Assembly: GCA_048128005.1 (NCBI GenBank)
Contig: JBEUKZ010000127.1
Location: 124,001-188,000 of the forward strand
Source: Veleropilina oligotropha
Lineage: Eukaryota
Reading direction: 5' to 3'
Length of the DNA: 64,000 nucleotides
The notes below the pieces were generated by a model. That model ran no database searches, was not told the DNA's origin, and worked only from the letters and a program-made list of their open reading frames with translations. Of this stretch, positions 13,001 through 26,400 are shown piece after piece (within the stretch, counting starts at the first letter, position 1; every line of letters starts with the position of its first letter). Both the position numbers and the translations under genes were made by a program.

Positions 13001-16000
13001 CTTGGGCAAGGCCTGATGGTATACAAGGTGCATAGCCAAGATGAAAGCTGTAGGCCCAGCGGTTCATCTTCTATGTGACAGAAAGCAATCTTCGAAGTGC
13101 CAGAACGGAAATACACGAAAATGACCTTGACCTTTGACCCAGCGACCCCATCTTTGAACTTGGGCAAGGCCTGATGGTATACAAGGTGCATAGCCAAGAT
13201 GAAAGCTGTAGGTCCAGCGGTTCATCTTCTATGTGACAGAAAGCAATCTTCGAAGTGCCAGAACGGAAATACACGAAAATGACCTTGACCTTTGACCCAG
13301 CGACCCCATCTTTGAACTTGAGCAAGGCCTGATGGTATACAAGGTGCATAGCCAAGATGAAAGCTGTAGGTCCAGCGGTTCATCTTCTATGTGACAGAAA
13401 GCAATCTTCGAAGTGCCAGAACGGAAATACACGAAAATGACCTTGACCTTTGACCCAGCGACCCCATCTTTGAACTTGGGCAAGGCCTGATGGTATACAA
13501 GGTGCATAGCCAAGATGAAAGCTGTAGGCCCAGCGGTTCATCTTCTATGTGACAGAAAGCAATCTTCGAAGTGCCAGAACGGAAATACACGAAAATGACC
13601 TTGACCTTTGACCCAGCGACCCCATCTTTGAACTTGGGCAAGGCCTGATGGTATACAAGGTGCATACCCAAATTGAAAGCTGTAGGTCCAGCGGTTCATC
13701 TTCTATGTGACAGAAAGCAATCTTCGAAGTGCCAGAACGGAAATACACGAAAATGACCTTGACCTTTGACCCAGCGACCCCATCTTTGAACTTGGGCTAG
13801 GCCTGATGGTATACAAGGTGCATTCCCAAGATGAAAGCTGTAGGTCCAGCGGTTCATCTTCTATGTGACAGAAAGCAATCTTCGAAGTGCCAGAACGGAA
13901 ATACACGAAAATGACCTTGACCTTTGACCCCATCTTTGAACTTGGGCTAGGCCTGATGGTATACAAGGTGCATACCCAAGATGAAAGCTGTAGGTCCAGC
14001 GGTTCATCTTCTATGTGACAGAAAGCAATCTTCGAAGTGCCAGAATGGAAATACACGAAAATGACCTTGACCTTTGACCCAGCGACCCCATCTTTGAACT
14101 TGGGCAAGGCCTGATGGTATACAAGGTGCATAGCCAAGATGAAAGCTGTAGGTCCAGCGGTTCATCTTCTATGTGACAGAAAGCAATCTTCGAAGTGCCA
14201 GAATGGAAATACACGAAAATGACCTTGACCTTTAACCCAGCGACCCCATATTTGAACTTTGGCTAGGCCTGATGGTATACATAGTGCATACCCAAGATGA
14301 AAGCTGTAGGTCCAGCGGTTCATCTTCTATGTGACAGAAAGCAATCTTCGAAGTGCCAGAACGGAAATACACGAAAATGACCTTGACCTTTGACCCAGCG
14401 ACCCCATCTTTGAACTTGAGCTAGGCCTGATGGTATACAAGGTGCATACCCAAGATGAAAGCTGTAGGTCCAGCGGTTCATCTTCTATGTGACAGAAAGC
14501 AATCTTCGAAGTGCCAGAACGGAAATACACGAAAATGACCTTGACCTTTGACCCAGCGACCCCATCTTTGAACTTGAGCAAGGCCTGATGGTATACAAGG
14601 TGCATAGCCAAGATGAAAGCTGTAGGTCCAGCGGTTCATCTTCTATGTGACAGAAAGCAATCTTCGAAGTGCCAGAATGGAAATACACGAAAATGACCTT
14701 GACCTTTGACCCAGCGACCCCATCTTTGAACTTGGGCAAGGCCTGATGGTATACAAGGTGCATAGCCAAGATGAAAGCTGTAGGCCCAGCGGTTCATCTT
14801 CTATGTGACAGAAAGCAATCTTCGAAGTGCCAGAACGGAAATACACGAAAATGACCTTGACCTTTGACCCAGCGACCCCATCTTTGAACTTGGGCAAGGC
14901 CTGATGGTATACAAGGTGCATACCCAAATTGAAAGCTGTAGGTCCAGCGGTTCATCTTCTATGTGACAGAAAGCAATCTTCGAAGTGCCAGAACGGAAAT
15001 ACACGAAAATGACCTTGACCTTTGACCCAGCGACCCCATCTTTGAACTTGGGCTAGGCCTGATGGTATACAAGGTGCATTCCCAAGATGAAAGCTGTAGG
15101 TCCAGCGGTTCATCTTCTATGTGACAGAAAGCAATCTTCGAAGTGCCAGAACGGAAATACACGAAAATGACCTTGACCTTTGACCCAGCGACCCCATCTT
15201 TGAACTTGGGCTAGGCCTGATGGTATACAAGGTGCATACCCAAGATGAAAGCTGTAGGTCCAGCGGTTCATCTTCTATGTGACAGAAAGCAATCTTCGAA
15301 GTGCCAGAATGGAAATATACGAAAATGACCTTGACCTTTAACCCAGCGACCCCATCTTTGAACTTTGGCTAGGCCTGATGGTATACAAGGTGCATACCCA
15401 AGATGAAAGCTGTAGGTCCAGCGGTTCATCTTCTATGTGACAGAAAGCAATCTTCGAAGTGCCAGAACGGAAATACACGAAAATGACCTTGACCTTTGAC
15501 CCAGCGACCCCATCTTTGAACTTGGGCTAGGCCTGATGGTATACAAGGTGCATACCCAAGATGAAAGCTGTAGGTCCAGCGGTTCATCTTCTATGTGACA
15601 GAAAGCAATCTTCGAAGTGCCAGAACGGAAATACACGAAAATGACCTTGACCTTTGACCCAGCGACCCCATCTTTGAACTTGGGCTAGGCCTGATGGTAT
15701 ACAAGGTGCATACCCAAGATGAAAGCTGTAGGTACAGCGGTTCATCTTCTATGTGACAGAAAGCAATCTTCGAAGTGCCAGAATGGAAATACACGAAAAT
15801 GACCTTGACCTTTAACCCAGCAAACCCATCTTTGAACTTGGGCTAGGCCTGATGGTATACAAGGTGCATACCCAAGATGAAAGCTGTAGGTCCAGCGGTT
15901 CATCTTCTATGTGACAGAAAGCAATCTTCGAAGTGCCAGAATGGAAATACACGAAAATGACCTTGACCTTTAACCCAGCGACCCCATCTTTGAACTTTGG

Positions 16001-16778
16001 CTAGGCCTGATGGTATACAAGGTGCATACCCAAGATGAAAGCTGTAGGTCCAGCGGTTCATCTTCTATGTGACAGAAAGCAATCTTCGAAGTGCCAGAAC
16101 GGAAATACACGAAAATGACCTTGACCTTTGACCCAGCGACCCCATCTTTGAACTTGGGCTAGGCCTGATGGTATACAAGGTGCATACCCAAGATGAAAGC
16201 TGTAGGTCCAGCGGTTCATCTTCTATGTGACAGAAAGCAATCTTCGAAGTGCCAGAATGGAAATACACGAAAATGACCTTGACCTTTAACCCAGCGACCC
16301 CATCTTTGAACTTTGGCTAGGCCTGATGGTATACAAGGTGCATACCCAAGACGAAAGCTGTAGGTCCAGCTGTTCATCTTCTATGTGACAGAAAGCAATC
16401 TTCGAAGTGACAGAACGGAAATATACGAAAATGACCTTGACCTTTGACCCAGCGACCCCATCTTTGAACTTGGGCTAGGCCTGATGGTATACAAGGTGCA
16501 TACCCAAGATGAAAGCTGTAGGTCCAGCGGTTCATCTTCTATGTGACAGAAAGCAATCTTGGAAGTGCCAAAACGGAAATACACGAAAATGACCTTGACC
16601 TTTGACCCAGCGACCCCATCTTTGAACTTGGGCTAGGCCTGATGGTATATAAGATGTATACCAAATATGAAAGGAGTAAGTCCAGCGGTTCATCTTCTAT
16701 GTGACAGAAAGCATCAGGCGACGGACGACGGACGCCAGTACACGGCTATAGCCCTGCCTTTAGAAGGCGGGCCAAAAA
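10012..16778 (-). mobile_element. HINE-like element whose core has expanded into a 158-bp satellite array
   Basis: Minus-strand 5' TTTTTGGCCCGCC..GGCAGGGC, GTCCGTC-type microsatellite, ~42 core units, 3' GGCGGGCC subTIR, GAGG..CCTC hairpin, CTAGT end. Confidence 0.8.
10090..16712. repeat. Tandem array, 158-bp unit, ~42 near-identical copies
   Basis: Exact 158-bp periodicity; the ORF track repeats every 158 bp. Confidence 0.98.
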
Positions 16779-17389
16779 CGACTTCATCTTTTTCCTTTTA
16801 TAATGTTTATGAACAGATATAGTGATGAAGCATCAATGGCTTGAACATATACCGGGGGTATCTGCAGTGTCGGTAGACACATTTCTAGTTCTAGATGTAT
16901 GTGCACTGGGGAAACAATCCCCAAACAATGCCATGGTGCTACACTTGCCACTAAAACTTTATCAGGTTTGTGGAACCATTCATTTAATACTACATGATCT
17001 AAGAGAAAATTACATTTACCAATTAAATGGTGATTATTACAATACTGATTAGAAAACATTATGTCTCGTACCTTTTTGAAACGAGGTGCTTTCAAAATAA
17101 TGAAATGACACAAGCAAATAGAAACGTACTTCAATATACGTTAACTGAATTATGCTTACAATTAATATGCGAGTCAATTTTAATTACCATATGTTTGCTT
17201 TAAATAAATTAGATAGACAAAATCATGTTAAATTCTATCACTTATTCCCTACAATTAATATAATACCCTGGCGGCTGATATGTCAGGTTATAAATATGTT
17301 AATATGGTACATAAATTATAAAACATCATGGTTATTGTTGGATGTATTATAAACTGATTACATAAATTATTAAAAACTTCCAGACATCT

Positions 17390-17455
17390 TTATGCAGCAT
17401 CTTTGCTTAAGCCCTTCTTAGCATACCATTCGTCACTTTTATCTGCAGCAATTCC
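17390..17455 (-). CDS. GLOD4: GLOD4 last coding exon ([21 protein letters not shown])
   Basis: Acceptor TTTCAG|, TAA stop at 17390-17392. Confidence 0.93.
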   Translation of the reverse strand, partial: GIAADKSDEWYAKKGLSKDAA

Positions 17456-20400
17456 CTGAAAGATAGGAAGAGATCATTAATAACTTGTTCCTGTTGAGCC
17501 GGTAATCCCTGTCATATGGCAAAATGAGGGAGTACAGAAACATGAAGAAATACAAGTCTTGATATAGTGCAAATTACAAAAATTAATTTCTAGAAATGCT
17601 CAGAAGCTATTAACATAATGCACTATATTTTTGTCATCATTCTAAAAAAAATGTGTGTTAGAAAGTGAAAAGAATTTGATACGTCATCATCGATGTTTAC
17701 AAGAATTTAATGAACATGAAATCCATCAGGATAAGTATCTTGTCTAATAAAATTTATGATACTAAATTGGTGATTCTCCCAGTATATTTAATGTATATGC
17801 AATACTGATTGACTACCTCATCCAGTAATTGATTCCCTTTTGGGTCGACTTGCGATAACTCTCGGAATGCTTCGTCCCCAACAAAGCAAATCTCATGACC
17901 ATCCTATAACAATATTGAAATTACATGTAACAATATATGATTTAAAGAATTAATTAATGATAGTACAGGAGCATGCAATAAGTTCCATTCAATTTCATAG
18001 ATGAAGTACGTCTTGACCACTATCAGCAGATGGATGTTTAATTAAGCATATTTCAGCGTATATGTACATAATAAAGAAAGTTAATTTAGGACATATTTCA
18101 TCAACTAAACTGATTTTATACTATTTTGTTAGTATAATTTAGTAGCTTGTTACAACAAGATACCAACTTCAAAGACTAGATAACCGCTTTTGGCTTCTAT
18201 GCCATAATGTATATATGATACCTTGCTTTTCATTAAAACACTCACTGTAAGCAAGGACATCACATACAATTTTTAATCAAGGTCAGTTTTTTCATTATGG
18301 GAATACGAAACAATAGATAAAGATGACTGTATTTGAGCACAATGTCTGGAATGTCGTTATTAGTCTAATCAAAATAGCATCAAAATAGGCCAAATTGGGG
18401 ACTAATTGCAACATAATTTATTTCTACTAGTTTATTTAGAGGAACGTATACTGGGCATCATATAAAAAATCTAAGACTGAAATATTTTCAGAAATTGTTT
18501 TTTTTCGGGAATTTGCGAACACACCCATAGGAAATTACCGCTATTAAATTTTCTAAGCGGCGCTTTTATAAGTTAAAGAAAACTTGCCTACTATATTATG
18601 TGGGAATAGTAATTGTATCATAAGAAAGGTATTATATTAACCAATCTAAAAATTGGTTTTAAATTTAAGTTATTGTTTGTAAATCGGTAGATATATAAGA
18701 AACAATATACCCACCCCCTAAAAATGAAGGACAAATTGAAATAAACTACAAATCATATACGTTTTAAAAATATCTTTCCAACAAAAGCAATTATTTTTTA
18801 CGTTTTTGCTTCGAGTGACATATCATATACAACTAGAAATATGTCCATCGGACACGAATGCCCCCACTGGCAGCCTTGACCATAGGGGCAGTGTACAAAG
18901 TATCAAGTCAATCCATGAAGGCAAATAGAAGTTATAGCAGATTGGAGTTGCTTACACGCAAATACTGGTTTCGGGACGGACGGGACGGGACGGACGGGAC
19001 GGGACGGACAAGAGTAAATCTAAATGCCACCCCAATAAATTGGTGGTGGCATAAAAAACTATGTTCGAAAATTATGTTTTTCCGATATTTGTGAACACAC
19101 CTACCGGAAATTACAGCTAATAAATTTTCTTCGTGGCACCTTTGTAATATATGATAGTATATGGTATTAGAAATGCTATCATTAGGAAGGTATTACAATT
19201 CCCGACCTAAAAAGTAGTTTTACTTTTAATTTATTGTTTGTAATAGAGGTAGATATACGATAAACAATTTTCCCACCCACCAAAAAATGAAGCAAAATCT
19301 TAAATGAAAGACGAATAAATAAATTTTTAAAAGTATCTATTTAATAACAGCAATTATTTTTACATTTTTGTTTAGGGAGACATGTGATGGACATCATATA
19401 CAAAATAAAAGACTGAACTATGTACGGAAATTACTTTTTCCATGTATTTGTGAACACACCTAGCAGAAATTACGGCTATTATATTTTCTGTGCGGCACTT
19501 TTGTAAGTCAAAGAAAACTAGTAAACGATATTATATAAGATTAGAAATGGTATCATAAGAAGGCAATACAATGCCCGATCTAAAAAGTACTTTTAAGTTA
19601 AGTTATTGTTTGCAATAGCGGAAGATATACGAGAAACAATACGCTCACACCCCCTAAATAAGAAGGAAAATCTGAAATAAATGGCTCTTTTAAAATATCT
19701 CATTAATAAAAGCAATTATATTTTACATATTTTGCTTAGGGAGAAATATGATGGCCAACATATACAAAATGAAAGACAGAACTGTTTACGGAAATTATTT
19801 TTATCCATGTATTTGTAAACACGCTACCCGGAAATTGCGCCGTTTTAATTTTCTGGCTGAACTTTTGAAATTCAAAAGAAAACTAGTATATAAGATTATA
19901 TTTGGCTACTAATGGTATAATTCCACAGACATTCTAATGTCCTAAAGAAAGTCATTTATAATATTAATTTATTGTAGTTGAATTTTTCATAGCATAACAA
20001 ACAATATATCTCCTTTAAAAGGGGATGGAAAGAGAAATGACGTATCGTTTAATTTTTCAATAGTTTTTATAAAAAAGCAGCAATCTTTTTTCAAGGAAAC
20101 GTAACTTATACAGTCAATATGCAATAGATGTACCATGCACATAGACCACAACAAATAGGCAAAAGAAAAATTCTAATTTATTGAAATATGTTGCAAGTTC
20201 CGTGATCTGCCCACTAAGCCACGACAGCACAATCACAAGCATATCCGGTTCATGCACCTGTTCCAGTATCTCCAGAAATCAAGACCCACCATGAGATGTC
20301 CAATTTCGTCATGAATTTCCCATATATAAAGAACAGTTGGTTTTATGCCATTTTAACCCTAACCCATTGGTTGGCTGTTCGTTGTATATAATTGACAAAT

Positions 20401-23400
20401 GTTGTTCAAATCTGACAGGTGTTTTATTATTATGGAAAGCATGTGAACGAACAAAATAAAGTGTAGAATAGATGCAGGACAAGTAACTATAAGGTTCATG
20501 CTTTACGAATACGGCTAATGACCAATCTGGGCGGTCTCCTAGTGTGCATAAATCCAGGGATTGATAACCGCAATGGCAAAATGTATTTACCAAGAAAGTC
20601 TTCTGTCTTTGTATATGATCATCTATATTAAAATCAACGAGCATCTCGAAAGTTAACTCAGAATGGTTTTGATAACTTTCCTATTACTACCTCTTTATTA
20701 TCGTCCTAGACTAGGCGCTATGTCATGCTATCTTTCGGAAATAGGAATAATTCTGGCTCGCAATCACCCCCAAGGAGGAGCAGATGGATTGGTGGAGTGA
20801 TATAGCTGACTTCTACTCCGTAGACAACATTGTACTTGTGTCAAGAGAGATCAGGAACTGCTCCCCAGTGTGGATGCCTTCACCTTAATGCCGAGAAGAC
20901 AGAACCGAGGTGATTGTATTCAACATCGATGAGGATGCTCTGAGCCATAAATGGCTCCACACTGGCAGTCAATGAGGATTTTAAGTATCATAGATCGTTC
21001 ATCAGCCCGACAGAAAGGAACATTAGTTACAGTAAGGAAGGCACAAGCATGGAGACTTGACGGTCTCAGGAACCAGTGGCAATCCGCCGATGACTCAAAA
21101 ACGACAATAGAAGCAAAATGAAGCATAAAAGCTTACTACAGCACAAGGGTGTGCCTATTTATATGTCTGTTATAGAAATATGCTCCGGGTGATCCTCAAA
21201 ATGTCGTATAGTGATAATGGCAGGATGTTGCATGCAACATCCAAAACTGGTTCCAAGAGACCTTATTTTGTGACAAACAATTCATGGAGTAGCCTCACAA
21301 GGGGACCAGCTACTGACGGGCTCAACACTGCCACAAAAATCAGATCGTATATGGAAGATCTAAATATTTGGCGTCACTTGACGTTGATGATATAACAAAG
21401 GGAATGAAATTTATAGATATGAAAATACATCAGTCTCATTTCCTGACATATTGTGGTATAAATTGTCCTGAACATACTGCAAAACCTCAGTCGCAACAAA
21501 ATCATGAATATTGAAACTTTGCACTATAGCTATAAAATCTTCGAAACATGATATGATTAACTGCTTCCTAGACTGCTTCATTGTCGATTATAGATTTCGA
21601 CGAAATGTGCTGCTGAAGTTGCATGCTTTATTTAAAAGCGGTATAGCAGCTTGATATATATTGTTTGTCCAATTGATGCTGCCCAGACGTTAAAATTTCT
21701 ACCAGAGAATATTGTCTAAAGAAACTACCAGGAATGTATTAAAGGTTGTTTTCCCCAATTTTGATAATATCAAAATGTGTTGGATAAGTATCTTTAATGA
21801 ATGTCTCGTTTTATATTCTCGTGGAGATACTTGTAGCGACCATTATTGTTATATGACTTTGTGAGGATATGATTGTAATTTAAATTGAATTTTTACAGTA
21901 TTTCGTTTGTTTTGGATTATTGCCTGTTGGTACTAGTATTCGGCTGCGTGCAGATCATGAGCACTTTGAGAATATCTCGGTCAACACAATCATGTCAAGA
22001 AAGAAATTTCCTATATTTGTTGAGATTGTGTCACATAATTAATAATTTAATAATCTTGCATCTACCCTTTTCACCTAATTTGGTGCTTTCCATATCTCTT
22101 ACAGACAATTTATTACATATTAATGCATTTGTCCATAATTATAAACATTTGTGCCTTCCTTTTAATGTTTTTTGCTATTATTAGCGCTCTTACTAGGATA
22201 TTGCAATTGAAATAGTCTCCATTATTAGTAACGGTGCAAAGAGATAATACGTCGGAAAAATAGGTATTCATAAGATTAGAACAATCATGCTTTATCATTA
22301 ACAATTGCACGATATTATACTTTCGCATCGCATACATTTCATTATTTGCATGTAAAACCATGGCATAAGTACATTTATATTGTTATTCGCGAAGTATAAA
22401 TTATTAAATAATGTGGATATGATATCAGGAATGAGAGTTGGGATTTGATTTCATCGTCACCGGCATAGAAAATACTAGCACATTTCGCTATTTTTAATCG
22501 CTAAATTTGGTATTTTCCGAAACTTAGATTTTCTTAGGTTTTTAGTATGTTGTTATAACACATCTATAGCATGGATTAGCGCCTAAATAAATTATGTTGC
22601 AATTTTTCCCAGGCAAAATGATAAATTGACTGGACTATATGTGAAAGGCAACAATGAGAGTAGAAAGGCCAACTTAGTTGTCTCAAGAACATTTTTCTTA
22701 CTGGGTCAGCGACGATTACAACATCCACAGTAGCCTTCCCAGGAGTGTCCAGACTGACCAGTGGAGTGAGTATTGTTTGATTTTCAGACTTCATGATCTT
22801 TTCTAATTCAGGTAGCTGAAAAATATATTGTATGGAATACAGCTCACTTTTAAATTAATTATCGTTATGCTGCAGTGACGACTTTGATATAAATGTTTAT
22901 CCTGTGACATAAAAAACTGAACCGTATATAAACACCCATATCAAATGCCGCAGGATAACAATATCATTTTCATATTAATTTTTTTTAAATCTTACGTTAT
23001 GCCTTTCACGGTTCAAACACCAATAAGCTAATGAATACAGTAATGTCAATGTCAGTATTAGCCATGCACAAATAGATATATACATTTATGACATTTATGT
23101 TAATTTTTATATCAAGTTAAGGAAACAATTTTACAACATAAAAACACATTGAAATCAAGGACAGCCAATAAAGACTGTCCAGTAATGAGTTGCAATGAAA
23201 TAATTCCTACAGTACACTTTGATTTTTTGGTTTGACAATAACCCACTTTAAAATAACATATGAAACGTACCTCCCCTCGTGGACAGGAAAATGCAATTCG
23301 CCCGAATGCAGAAGCATGGCTAACAGGAGCCCCAATGACCTCAAGCTCCAACTTACACTGCAAAAGTAATGAACATCTTGCTTGATATCTCACACAACCA

Positions 23401-26400
23401 TTTTTAACATAAATATATTAGATAAAAAGTTATTGAAAAAGAGTAACTTTCTGTCAAATCAAAAATAAACTAATACAACCAATATTACAGTGTGTATGCT
23501 GATACTGGACTCCATTGCATAGATAATACTATAATGATAGTTACCTTTGGGTGTTAGGATTTGAAGCTAGGTGGCTTTCTAGACCTCCCGGTTTCTTCAT
23601 CAGCCATATGCATGTTGTTGTGACGTCACCCTCAATCACGTGATGAGGTGTCACATGACAGAAGGTTGCTGTAAACAGCAGGCATCTCATACCCCTGGTC
23701 CCTGTAGAGGTTGGGCTGGGTGGTCCGGATTTCGATGGCCTCCATGATTTTGCGGCGTCGCCAATTATCTTCCTGGGTCAGGATCTGTCATGCGACAACT
23801 CGTCACGTGACTGAGGGTGACGTCACAACAACATGGCCGATGAAGAGACAGCCACCTAGCTTCAAATCCTGACTCCAAAAGGTAACTATCATAATAGTAT
23901 TAACAACCAATATTATGTTAATCCATGGGGCATAACTGCAATTGCACCATCCAAAATATATCACAACATATATACAACAATACATTACTATTGTAGTACC
24001 AGTTCTTCAATGCTGCTATCGAGTCAGTGCTAGTTTATGGATCAACAACATGGTCTCTCACAGACAAACTCCAAAATTGTTCTGCTTCAGACGGAGCCTA
24101 CACCCGTATGCTTCGAGCTGCACTCTACAGATCCTGGAAGCAACACCCCACAAAGAATGAACTATTTGGTAAGATTCCTCCGCTGTCAGAAATTATCCAC
24201 GAAAGAAGACTGTGATTCTAGGGTCACTGCTGGCGCAGCAAAGATGAGCTAATCAGCAATGTTCTCCTGAACGTGGCTACCAAAACACGGAAAACCCCCA
24301 GAAGGATGGCCTGCTCGCACCTATGTGGACCAACTACGAGATAACACTGGATGCACTAACGAAGAACTACCGGCAGTGATGTTTGATCAGGAAAGAGTCA
24401 GAACAGTCCAAGCTAGCTCAGCCTGATAAATAGACATTACCTGAGTTTCTGAATAGCCTAGTAGAGCTGTCTTGTTAGTCTTGGAGTACACCTGCATGCC
24501 ACATAATCTGGACCAGAAATCTGAAATATAAATGTAGATGTAAAACATTTTTGAATTAAGGAACTGAGACTACATGCATATATGAGGTTTTTAATTAAAC
24601 CTAATATTAGTTAAAACATACTTACGTCCTTACTCTTGCCATAATAGTCATATTATCGCCAACCGGAAACAGTGAATAAAGTCACATTTAGGCACTTATT
24701 AAGTCAAAACGTACCACGATTACCTCCCCTGCTCCCGCTCTCTAAGTTCCCCCGGCGAGATCTCGCCAAGTCTCGCGAGATATCCGAGCTCGAGATCACA
24801 AGACCTCAATTCAAAGTTCAGAACCCCAAAGGAACTTAGTAGAGGGGAGGAATGCGAAACGCAGGGTGGGTAATCGTGGTAAGGACGTAAGTATGTTTTA
24901 ACTAATATTAGGTTTAATTAAAAACCTCATATGTAGTTACAAACTTACTTACGTCCTTACTCTTGCCAGAATAACCTTGGATAGGTGGGTAAGAAGTTCC
25001 TTACAACAACCCAAACAAGATAATGACTTACTTTTCACCATTTCAATCAGCTCGAAGCGTCGATTGAGTCCGCCCAGAGTGGAATTTACTGAGTATTATA
25101 TTCTACTCTTACCAAGCGAGAATTTCGACCAGTGTTACCGGGAGAATACGCTGTGGTGTTAGTCGGACGAGGTGAACGGAAGTGCAATCAGCCCCAGGCA
25201 CGGCCGGAAGGATGAATCCTTGTAGGCCTTACGTGTCATGGGCCAGTGGCAGCCAAATGGTACTCCTGGCCAAAGGCCGGTAGCCAGAGGATGCAGTCGG
25301 ATTTGTAAGCACACGGAACCTAATAGGTTGTGAAAGCGTGAAATCAAAAGCAAAGAATTAATAGATTAAATAAATAATCGATATTAATAATTGATTCGCA
25401 TGACCAACTTGCGAAACGCTAACATGTAAGACATGTTACTTAAAATAAATTTTAAGGAAGCAAATATTAAAATTTTTTCAATGTATTGAACATCGTATGT
25501 TCGATAACAGCATAGAACATCAATAATATTGAACCTCAAAAATCCTATAAGATTTACGCAATATAATTGTTTATTAATTCAATGTAATCTGGCATTGTCA
25601 ATATACTCAGGTATGACATGAAGTACAAAATCTTAAAATGTTTTTAAGAAATGAACAGACATTGAATCGCCTCATATGTGTCTATTTCATAGAACAGCTA
25701 GGCCAACAAATAACAATGCGTCAGCATGAATTATGTAAATTCATCAATCAAGAAACAATACTCACTGATTAGACGACCTCGGTCTAACAATACAACGTTG
25801 AGCAGCCACACACTGTAGAGTGCTCAAACCGTCAGCCCCGGTAGAATAGTCCCGCAGATAATGCTTAACAAAGACATTTGCATTCTTCCAGTAACCTGCT
25901 TGAAGCAACGCTGTGATATTTAAATTATGTCGGAAGGCAATTGAAGCCGCAATTGCACGGACCTCGTGCGCGCGCACAGATAAAATAGTGCGGTCTACTT
26001 CTTCACAGCGAGAGTATACATCTCTCACCACCTGTGAAATCCACCGCGAAACAGTTGTCTTTGTAATGTCGTGGGTGAAGGAAGGTAAATACGAAATGAA
26101 TAAACGTAATTTTCCCTGCCGCAGATCACGGGTCCTGTCGGGGTAGAAGCGCAGGGCCCGTACGGGGCAATTTAACCGGTCCTCATCATGCCTTCCGACC
26201 AGCGTAAGCTTAGGGATAATAATATCAGGTGCGTCCTCGTTCGGCCGTTGGTTCTTGGCGAGAAAGCCCAGAATAGGACGCAGCATCACCGACCCGTCTG
26301 ACTGGAATCGAATATCTCGTAGCTCGGCGGATAAGCTATGAATCTCGGAACAACGCCTGCCCGACGCTAAGGCGATCAGAAAAACCGTTTTGTGCGTCAA

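Noticed and set aside
9997..16584. Dozens of 67-144 aa ORFs (MGMHLVYHQALPKF...) resembling a tandem gene cluster
   Set aside because: They are by-products of the 158-bp repeat (unit not a multiple of 3), with no protein-family motifs.
10090..16712. CRISPR-like array (also considered for the 41-, 50- and 33-bp arrays)
   Set aside because: Units are contiguous with no unique spacers, there are no cas genes, and the context is intron-containing eukaryotic DNA.
25030..25060. Hammerhead in the DIRS 3' region (CTGATTGA...GAAA on the minus strand)
   Set aside because: Core spacing is wrong and there is no stem II.
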